From the NCBI RefSeq assembly GCF_006345805.1, contig NW_021824787.1, forward strand, positions 1 to 17,865: a stretch of DNA of 17,865 bases, in the 5' to 3' direction. Every line of letters starts with the position of its first letter. Position 1 is the first letter of the stretch. Made by a program: the position numbers and the translations under genes. Below the pieces are notes generated by a model. The model made no database searches and was not told where the DNA came from. It saw nothing but the letters and a program-made list of their open reading frames with translations. The stretch comes from Octopus sinensis (Eukaryota). Shown here piece after piece: positions 9,391-17,865 of this stretch.

Positions 9391-9865
9391 TACATACATA
9401 CATACATACATACATACATACATACATACATACATAATTATAAATTATTATTATCGTTATCGTTGTTTGAAAATCTAGTTCCGGTTGCAGTTTATTATGG
9501 TGTGACTGAGAACATACCTTTGCAACATTTCCTGTCTATTTCTTCAAGACATCGATCACTTAACCATTCTCAGAAATAAGAGTACAGCAGCGAAATTCGT
9601 GTTATTTTTCTGAGGTGACCGTTTCCGGGTTACACTGCCCCTCTCTGTCTTCTAGATGACATCATTCTCGAAACTCTTCTCAGTGGTAGGAGTACAGCAA
9701 CAAAATGCAATTTTCTCACAAGAAGTCATTGACGACACAATTTTCATGGAACAGGTTAAATCTCTCCGTTCTAGGAATCTGTCGAAAGAATTCTGTGTTA
9801 TGGAGTCATCTCCGATTGAAGATTTAGCCAAGGTTCAAGAATTTTCGTCGCTGTTGTCAATGTAT

Positions 9866-10022
9866 GCATACACACACAGACTCTCTCTCTCTCACACACA
9901 CACTCTCTCTCTCTCACACACACACACACTCTCTCTCACACACTCTCTCTCTTTCTCTCGCACACATACTCTCTCTTTCAAACACACACTCTCTCTCATA
10001 CACACACACTGTCTCCTTCACT

Positions 10023-10053
<31 letters not shown>

Positions 10054-10232
10054 CACATAAACACACGCACGCACACACCCTCTCTCTCTCTCACACACAC
10101 ACACACTCTCTCTCTCACACACACACACACTCTCTCTCTCACACACTCTCTCTCTCAAACACATACTCTCTCTCATACACACACTGTCTCCTTCACTCTC
10201 TCTATCTCTCACACACACACACACACTCTCTT

Positions 10233-10266
<34 letters not shown>

Positions 10267-10328
10267 CTCTCTCTCTCTCACACACACACACACTCTCTTT
10301 CTCTCTCTCTCTCTCACACACACGCACA

Positions 10329-10381
<53 letters not shown>
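9866..10381. repeat. Compound (CT)n(CA)n satellite
   Basis: Alternating CT and CA blocks over about 515 bp. Confidence 0.95.
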
Positions 10382-11140
10382 TTTACGAAATGGAAGCAGT
10401 TCTAATAATGTAAGCGTTACCGGTCGCACGTACATGCGTATTCTGTTTATATGTCAAATTTGGAACGAGACGGCGTCTGGGGAAGATTTCGAAACGATGC
10501 CGACAGCCTAGAGATTCACTTCATTGCGAAGTGATCCGAGTATATGGTATCGGTAAACCGCAACAATGGCGAAATATCGACATGTATCATTTTCGATGAT
10601 TCCGTGGCGAGTTGTCTCGGCTGGTCTTTGATATTCAGCCGTTCTTTAAAACGATCGGCGTCATTTCGAGAGCTTTCTCTGGACGCTATCCCGGTATTGT
10701 TATGTGTGTGTGTGTGTGTGAGTGGTGTGTGTGTGTGTGTGTGTGTGTGTTGTGTGTGTGTGTGTGTGTGTGTGTTTGTGTGTTTGTATGAATGAATGTA
10801 TGTATAAAAGTGCATGTATATAGATCCATATACGTATCTGTGTACTTTGCATTTAGTTAAGTATTTCATTCCCGTCGATCGTTTTTAATCAAGACACGTG
10901 GCATACTCTACAGAAAAAAAGACAAACAAAAAGGAACTCGGAAATGAAACAAGAGTTACACTTTACTGTATTGTAGTGAAGAAAAAAAAACAAACATAAA
11001 CAAAACGTAAAATGAAAAAAAAAACTTTCCGAAATATACAACAAGAAGTGTATTAATATAAACACTTGGTCATCGTTGCAAAATAAATACAGAAAGAGAG
11101 GGAGAGAGAGAGAAAGAGAGAGAGAGAAAGAGAGAAAAAG

Positions 11141-11171
<31 letters not shown>

Positions 11172-11301
11172 TGAGAGAGAGAGCAGAGGTAAAGATAAAT
11201 GTTTAGAGAGCGATTCTCGACTGTCGACAAAGATGACATCTTTTGAATTAATTCGATTAATTCAGTATAGAGAAATAATAAGTACAATATGGCGCTACCA
11301 T

Positions 11302-11304
11302 TTA

Positions 11305-11374
<70 letters not shown>

Positions 11375-11382
11375 CATTATTA
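11302..11382. repeat. (ATT)n trinucleotide microsatellite
   Basis: Near-perfect ATT run. Confidence 0.95.
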
Positions 11383-11785
11383 TGTAAACGTCTTTCTTTT
11401 TCTTGTTTGCTTGCTTGCTTGTTTGGCTGACACTGGCCAAAGATTTGTTCCAAAGTGTTTCTCAGTTTTACAGGTTCATGAATTTTCTCCGTTTACGCAG
11501 ATTAAATACATTTTTTATTAGATTTCAGTGAATAATTTATGATAATTAGAATTGATGAAGTTTTTTTTTTTTTGTTGTTTTAATTTGATAATTTTTTTTC
11601 CATTTGTTTTATTCAGTTTCTTGACGAATGTCTTTTTACGTCTTTATAATCTTCCAAGATTTGTTCAGTTTTATTACCAATTTGGCTTTACTCAACTTGT
11701 GGTATTGAGTACTTTAATACATTGTTGCTGTTTTCGTACTTTTGTACATATATATTCTTATATACACATATATATATATACACAT

Positions 11786-11823
<38 letters not shown>

Positions 11824-11854
11824 TATATTATATATATTAATATTATATATATAT

Positions 11855-11904
<50 letters not shown>

Positions 11905-12356
11905 TTATAACATTATATATATTACATGTGTGTATGTGTGTAAATGTGTGTGTTGATCGCAATTTAAAATGTGGTTACTATTAGTTATTCTGGTCACGTT
12001 ATCGTTCCGTAACCCACTCCGGAATGATTCCAAATACTGAGACGAATTACCCATAATTCTACCAATACTTTACCAATTATATCTGATTCCACACCCTCAT
12101 CCGCTGAAATATAACGTACTTTCGAGTCCTATGTTTAGCTTTGAATTCAATCTTATTTCCAGCTGCATTCGGCCCGTTTTCAATCGAGATGAAATCGTTG
12201 AAGTCTCCTATAAAGTTCATATCTGATTCTAGTCGAATTCTTACCGAATTCGTGCAAGGATCCAAACCGACATACAGCAGTAAAAAAAACATGTTCTGGC
12301 GATTTCGGCCGATCTCTAATCGGTTTCAGTCAATTGCAATGAAGGAATGTTTTTTT

Positions 12357-13222
12357 TCAAATATGCACAGCAGTATTTGAGATGAGTTGGTGGCTTTTAA
12401 GAAGTGTTTGTGGGTGATGCATCACCGCCGCCGCCGCTGCTGCTGCTACAAGGGTCATGGTCTTGCCAGACGGACTGGCCGCGCCGCTTGCACCGGCGCC
12501 GATGGCCGCCATGTTGTTTTCGCTTAAAAGATGCTTCGATGCGAAGACGTTGTTCGGATGAAGGGGATGCTGTTCGTGTAGACGTAACTGATGCTCATCA
12601 TCTAGATTTGTATTCGTCTGCTGTTGGTGATGCTGATGCTGATGTTGCTGTTGTTGTTGTTGCTGCTGGTGGTGATGGTGGTGATGGTGTTCATGTTGGT
12701 GTTGTTGCTGCTGCGATAGCGGTGGTGGCGGCGGCGGTGGTGGAGGTGGCTGCTGCGCTGAAAGTGTTAGCGGAGACGACCGGTCACGTGGGTGCTGTGA
12801 AAGATTGTGATGATGATGATGATGATGAATATTATGAGGGTGATGTTGTCGATACTGTTGATGATGATGCTGTTGCTGTTGTGATTGTTGCTGTTGTTGT
12901 TGTGTTGATAGTGGTGGTGGTGGTTGTGGTACTGGTGTCGGCAGTGGAGGTTGATGGTGCCGTTGCTGCTGCTGCTGCTGCTGTTGTTGTTGTTGTTGCT
13001 GTTGTAATTGTGGTTCTATGAGGTGGTCATTTTCCGACTGGAGCATGTTTACAGCATGGTGACTCTCCATGTGCCGTCGAAGGTCAACTTTACGCTGAAA
13101 CGATTTGCTACATCTCTGGCAAGCGAACGGCTTGAAACCTGAATGCTTCCTACAGTGAGTAATTAGATTAGATGACTGGCTAAACGCTTTGCCACAGTGA
13201 GTGCACTTGTACGGTTTTTCAC
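12357..13222 (-). CDS. Gfi1: Terminal coding exon of a Gfi1/Senseless/PAG-3 family C2H2 zinc-finger transcription factor (ZF5, ZF6 and low-complexity C-terminal tail)
   Basis: Translation [56 protein letters not shown] matches the family signature for ZF5-6 ([17 protein letters not shown]). A TTTTTGCAG acceptor ends at 13223 and splits the Gly of the HTGEKP linker (phase 1). Stop TGA is at 12357-12359. The first 15 aa of the ORF-track entry are intronic. Confidence 0.93.
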
Positions 13223-13326
13223 CTGCAAAAATACAACGATACAGAAATATAAATAAATACAAATACATATTAAAAATAATGGCGTAAGTTGTTTACGACA
13301 ATAAACGGAATCGGGAGAAAATATAC

Positions 13327-13682
13327 AAAAATAAATGCATTTTATCAACCAACTTCTGATTCAGAATCTTTGGGGTTTTGACACTTAGGTCAGTGTATTT
13401 TTATCTAATGTAAAAGTTAATTGAATACAAAGGGAGGGAAAATAAAATAGAAAAAAATTTTTTAAATGTAACCAATTAACTTTTTTGATTCAGGATCATT
13501 AGGATTTCGGCACTTGTGTGAACGTATTGGTATCTAATGTAAGAGTTATGCGAATAGGAAAAAGGAAAAGAGGGAAAAAAAGACAAAAATAAACATATTT
13601 AATCAACTTGATTCAGAATCATTAGGATTTCGGCACTTAGGTGAGCGTACTTGGTATCTAAGGTAAAAGTCAAGTGAATCTG
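13327..13682. repeat. Three-copy degenerate tandem repeat (period ~123-129 bp)
   Basis: TGATTCAG(A/G)ATC..T(A/G)GG.TTT.G.CACTT.G...TATCTAA.GTAA.AGT starts at 13357, 13486 and 13609. Confidence 0.9.
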
Positions 13683-13868
13683 ATCTGGTAACATGTAAAA
13701 CTCTTCCAACAGTTAATTTTGGCGCAGATATAAATGTTCTTTCGGCCACCATATTGGAGAGAGAAAAATAGAGAGAGAGAGAGAGAGAGGGAAAGAGATG
13801 AGGAGAGAGAGGGCGAGAGGGAGAGAGGGGACGAGAGAGAAGGAGAGAGAGAGTTTCACAAGCCCTCG

Positions 13869-14017
13869 ACTGGTTTTCATTTACAGGTGAGTAGACTGGG
13901 ACAGCGTGAAGTGAAATGTCTTGATCAAGGACCCTACGTGCCACCTGGTCCAGGAACCGAATGCGTGATCTTAGAATCGTGATCCCAACACCTTAATTAC
14001 TAGACTCAATGGCGCGC
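13869..14017 (-). mobile_element. Old tRNA-derived SINE family C remnant (CORE/V-like body)
   Basis: Reverse complement has a tRNA-like head (TCTAGTAATTAAGG...TTCGGTTCCTGG) followed by GTCCTTGATCAAGACATTTCACTTCAC..CCAGTCTACTCACCTGTAAATG. Confidence 0.6.
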
Positions 14018-14344
14018 AGTCGTGTGTGTAGGTATGTGTGTACGTACGTGTGTGCGTGTGTGGGTGTGTGTGTGTGTGTTGTGTGTGTGTGTGTGTGCGC
14101 GTGAGAATGCGTACGAGTGCAACGAAGAGTTACTATAAGAGATAGTGAAGTTAATGGTAGAAGGATGAGAGAGAGGGAGAGAGAGAGGAGAAAAGAGGCA
14201 GAGGGAAGAGAAAGAGATAGGAGTATTCTATTAGAGTGAAAAGGACACAGACAGATTGAAAGAGAGGGGGTTGTGTATGAGAGAGTAAAGGAAGGAGAGG
14301 GAGGAGTATGTTCGTTAAATATTCTTGTTCCGTATGCATTTCAC

Positions 14345-14860
14345 TGATGATGATGATGATGATGGTGATGGTTGTGGTGATGGGGGTGATGATGGTGGTA
14401 GTGGGTGTAGGTCTAGTCGTGGAGATGATGGTAATGGTGGCGGTGATTCTGGTGGTGTTTAAGAAGGTGATGTTAACGATGATGATAGTGGTGCTGATAA
14501 TGATGTTGGCATTGATGGTGGCGGTGGTGATGGTAGTGGTGGTGATGGTGGTGGTTGTGGTGGTGGTGGTGGTGGTGGTGGTGGTGGTGGTGTTAGTGTT
14601 GTTGTTGTGTTGGTGGTGGTGGTGGTGGTAGTGGCTTGGTGATAGTAATATTAATGTTGACGTTATGGTGGCGGCAATGTTGTTGATGTTGGTGGTGGTG
14701 GTGGTAGTGGTGGTAAAGAGCGTGATTCCCTAGAAGGGATTTCTGAATTGAATTGTGATTTTTACTTTGATGATGCTACAGCTGATGTTGTTGTTGTTGT
14801 TGTTGATGATGATGATGATGATAGTTGTGGTGGCAGTGGTGGCAGTGCTGATGGTGGTAG
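14345..14860. repeat. Degenerate (GGT/GAT/GTT)n trinucleotide region
   Basis: Direct reading. Similar tracts occur at 181-240 and 17685-17865. Confidence 0.9.
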
Positions 14861-15175
14861 TGTGCCGCAATCGAGAGATCGCCATTGCTACCACCCGCCG
14901 CCGCCACCCCACTGGCATTAGTGGCGCTAGTGGCGACAATATACGTATGTAATCAAATCATCATCATCATCATCATCATTTATAATTATATATTTTTGTT
15001 ATCATTCCCCTTAATACTATTGTCGTTGTTGTTGTTGTTGCTGTTTCTCTTGGCAGAGGTTTCGGTGTAAATGGAATTAGATTTTTCGGCCCCTTTCATC
15101 CGTTTTCAGATATTGTCACCTCTTAATGGTAAGGAACAGAGCAGTCCTTGATACAACCCTGCAGCTCATTGCTAG

Positions 15176-15758
15176 CCCCCTCTCTCCCTTTCTTTCCCTT
15201 CTCTCTTTCGCTCCTTCTTTCTCTCACTTATTTTCTCTCTCTCTCTCTTTCTCATATATATATAGGTAGGTAGATAGATAGATAGATATATACACACATA
15301 TATATACAGACATATATATACACACATATACACACACATATATATATATACACACACATATATATATATATACACGCACATTTAATGTATGTATATGAGA
15401 GAGTTTCAAATTTTGCTCTCTCCCCCTCTTTCTTTCTCATTCTCTTTATCTCCCTCTTTCTCTTTCTCGGTGTCGCTCTCTCACTTTTTGCCTTAGCCGC
15501 ATATTTCAAGATGGCGGGCCTTAACGGTGATATTTTAGCGTTGGCATAAAAAGAAGCACTCCCCGTTTTGCCATTAACGCGAAATTGTTACGTGAGTGAT
15601 GTGTATGGGTGTGTGCACGCACACACACACACATACACGCACACATATATATACACACACACACACATGCACGTACGCACATATAAATACACACACACAC
15701 GCATATATATATATATATACACACGCAATACAACACACACACACACATAAACACACTC

Positions 15759-15795
<37 letters not shown>

Positions 15796-15860
15796 ATATA
15801 TATTATATATACGCACGCACGTTCACATATACATACACACACACATATGCATATGCATAT
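15176..15860. repeat. Compound (CT)n/(TA)n/(CA)n microsatellites around a short unique island (15481-15600)
   Basis: Direct reading. Confidence 0.85.
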
Positions 15861-16504
15861 ATAGGTATATTTCTACACAGCGGCATTTTAAAGTTCTTAT
15901 AAATTGAAAATATTTCTCAAATATGGTAAAGAATGACCCAGATAAGAGAGAGGGAGAGAAAGAAGCCGAGAGAGAGAGAGAGGGAGAAAGAGGAAGAGAG
16001 GAAGAGAGAGAGAGAAAGAGAGAGAAATAGTGGTTTGTGAGTAGATAGTGTAAGAATGGAAATATGTGCGGGTGCGAGAAAGAGAAGGAAAGATGGGAAG
16101 ACGGTGGGGTGGGAAGTGAAAGAGAGGTGACGTTGAAATGGGAAAGGAAGGAAGGAAGAAGTGGACAATAGGAAACAAAATGGTTATGGAATTAGAAGAT
16201 GCTGTTGGGATGTTGATGTTGTTGACGTTGATGTCACTTGTTGATCAGACATTGATCAGATTTGATCGATGAAATACGAAGAGGAAAAAAAAACGATTTA
16301 ATTGCTATTACTAGTAAACACCCGAATAGGTTAGTGGTTCTCCGTCGGGGTCTATATATATGACCCATGGAGTTCATATAACACTTTTGTGGATCTATAT
16401 GACCAAAATAGTAAATTGGGTCCACAATATCATTTTAAGGGCCCATGATGTATTTTTTGCAAAAAAAAAAAGAAAAGAAGAAAAAGGAACCAGCTCGGTT
16501 TCTT

Positions 16505-16665
16505 TCTCATTAACCGGTGTAGTTCAACCTACACAGGTGATTAACACCGCTGGATTAACCATTGACCGAAATAATCACGTGCTTAGAGCATCAAAGGAAT
16601 TAGTGGGGGTGGGCGTCATTGTAGAAATGGTAAATGGTTTAAGGCACAAAAGAAATCACTTTAAA
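16505..16665. promoter_or_regulatory. Candidate intronic enhancer (dense TF-motif cluster)
   Basis: CAGGTG 16534-16539, GTGATTA 16537-16543, GGATTA 16552-16557, TAATCACGTG 16572-16581, CATCAAAG 16589-16596, GGGGGTGGGCG 16605-16615, CATTGT 16617-16622, AAATCAC 16653-16659. Confidence 0.4.
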
Positions 16666-16875
16666 TTGGCTAAAGTAATATTCGAAGTGTGATCGGAAAT
16701 TTCGAAGTGTTCACAAAATTTTGCACTTAAAAAAAAAATACGAGAAAAGTTTTCAAATATAAATAAAGTGGAAGATCAACATTATTTTCCTTTTTTTTGT
16801 CAATTTTATTTCATTTTAAAAACTAGAAATTTATCTTATTTTTATTTCTTTTGCTATTCTTTGATTCCTTTATTG

Positions 16876-17184
16876 TTTTTACTTGTTTTAGTCAGTTGAC
16901 TGCGGCCATGCTGGAGCACCGCCTTTTAGTCGAACAAATCGACCCCACGACTTATTCTTTGTAAGCCTAGTACTTATTCTGTCGGTCTGTTTAGCCGAAC
17001 CGCTAAGTTACGGCGATGTAAACACACAGACACACAAACAAACACGTATATACATACATACATACATACATACATACATACATACATGCATGCAAACATA
17101 CATACATACGTACATACATACAAACATTCATACATACATACATACATACATACATACATACATACATCATACATACATACATAC

Positions 17185-17229
<45 letters not shown>

Positions 17230-17388
17230 TATATATATATACGATGGGCTTCTTTCAGTTTCCGTCTACCAACTCCACTCACAAGGCTTTGGTCGGCCCG
17301 AAGACACTTGCCCAAGGTGCCACGCCGTGGGACTGAACCCAGAACCATGTGGTTGGTAAGCAAGCTACTTATCACACAGCCACTCCTG
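16876..17388 (-). mobile_element. SINE family A, full length, with expanded internal (CATA)n/(CA)n
   Basis: Both halves are collinear with 2748-3154. The internal microsatellite spans about 17022-17241. Confidence 0.9.
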
Positions 17389-17502
17389 TTTATATTTTAA
17401 ATTACATATATATGGGGGCACCGAAATCTTTTAAATGCTTAAGGTCTGTCTCTATGTATGTATGGTCATTTTTGCAGTGCTGCACGTAGCGTTAATAATA
17501 TA

Positions 17503-17659
17503 TATTTATCACTACGTTCTGAGTTCAAATTCCGCCGAGGTCGACTTTGCCAATCATCCTTTCGGGGTCGATAAATTAAGTACCAGTTGCGTACTGGGGT
17601 CGATCTAAACGACTGGCCCCATACCCAAAAATTTCGGGCCTTGTGCCTAGAGTAGAAAA
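17503..17659 (+). mobile_element. SINE family B, 5'-truncated
   Basis: ctgagttcaaattccgccgaggtcgactttgcc..tcatcctttcggggtcgataaattaagtaccag matches 4139-4235. Confidence 0.85.
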
Positions 17660-17865
17660 TAAATATATATATATAGGTATAGGAGGTTGTGGTAGTGGTT
17701 AGGGGCTGTCATAGTCTGTGGTAAGGTTGTGGGCGTTCGTTTTGTCATTTTGTTTCTATTGCTGGTTGCTCTTGTTGGCGGTGGCGGTGGTGATGCTGCG
17801 AGTAGTGGTGGTAGTGGTGGTGGAGGTGGTGGTGGTGGTGGTGATGTTGTCATAGTGGTAGTTGT

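Larger units (their letters stand above)
13223..17865 (-). other. Intron of the Gfi1/sens-like gene (donor lies outside the window)
   Basis: The acceptor AG is at 13223-13224. No sequence encoding the expected ZF4 (HQKSDMKKH-like) was seen upstream, only repeats and short unique islands. Confidence 0.75.

Noticed and set aside
9641-9760. Possible + strand exon (pyrimidine tract + AG at 9654-9655, CAG|GTTAAA near 9754)
   Set aside because: The donor is weak, the peptide is unrecognisable and there are no partner exons.
10471-10501. GGCGTCTGGGGAAGATTTCGAAACGATGCC, hammerhead-like
   Set aside because: The core deviates and there is no NUH cleavage triplet after GAAAC.
11510-11680. Minus-strand AATAAA signals (11514, 11608, 11670) as the Gfi1/sens poly(A) site
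   Set aside because: There are several candidates in very AT-rich sequence, and one cannot be chosen without transcript data.
12001-12350. Apparent AATC/GATT enrichment in the proximal 3' UTR
   Set aside because: About 8 cores against roughly 4 expected from composition, which is not convincing.
12404-13021. 205-aa antisense ORF overlapping the Gfi1/sens exon
   Set aside because: It is the shadow of CAR/CAY/CCN codon repeats on the coding strand and has no independent protein features.
13223-13268. N-terminal [15 protein letters not shown] of the 303-aa ORF
   Set aside because: This is the polypyrimidine tract and acceptor of the intron, not a start; the protein needs upstream finger exons.
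13327-13682. CRISPR-like repeat-spacer array
   Set aside because: The context is eukaryotic, the units are long and degenerate, the spacers are related A-rich sequence, and there are no cas genes.
351-17853. Dozens of ORFs rich in YI, HT, CV, SL, RE or V/M runs (e.g. 4767-5345, 9864-10511, 10889-11440, 14308-14631, 17647-17853)
   Set aside because: They are translations of di-, tri- and tetranucleotide microsatellites or SINEs, which lack stop codons by composition.

Overview
Eukaryotic, AT-rich, microsatellite-saturated genomic DNA. The repeat style suggests a coleoid cephalopod (Octopus-like); this is inferred, not proven. The only host coding sequence is the terminal exon (minus strand, 12357-13222) of a Gfi1/Senseless/PAG-3 family C2H2 transcription factor. 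It encodes zinc fingers 5 and 6 plus an unusual ~230-aa polyQ/H/P/A tail. No upstream exon was found in 13223-17865, so that part is read as intron. The rest is a mosaic of two dead RTE-clade LINE fragments (one ending in three tandem C2H2 fingers), at least three tRNA-derived SINE families, two short elements carrying minimal hammerhead-ribozyme-like motifs with variant cores, and simple repeats. Most ORFs in the supplied track are microsatellite artefacts. The best leads are the hammerhead-like elements, the triple-zinc-finger RTE, and candidate intronic cis-regulatory modules of the Gfi1/sens gene, including a 3-copy repeat with palindromic AATC cores.
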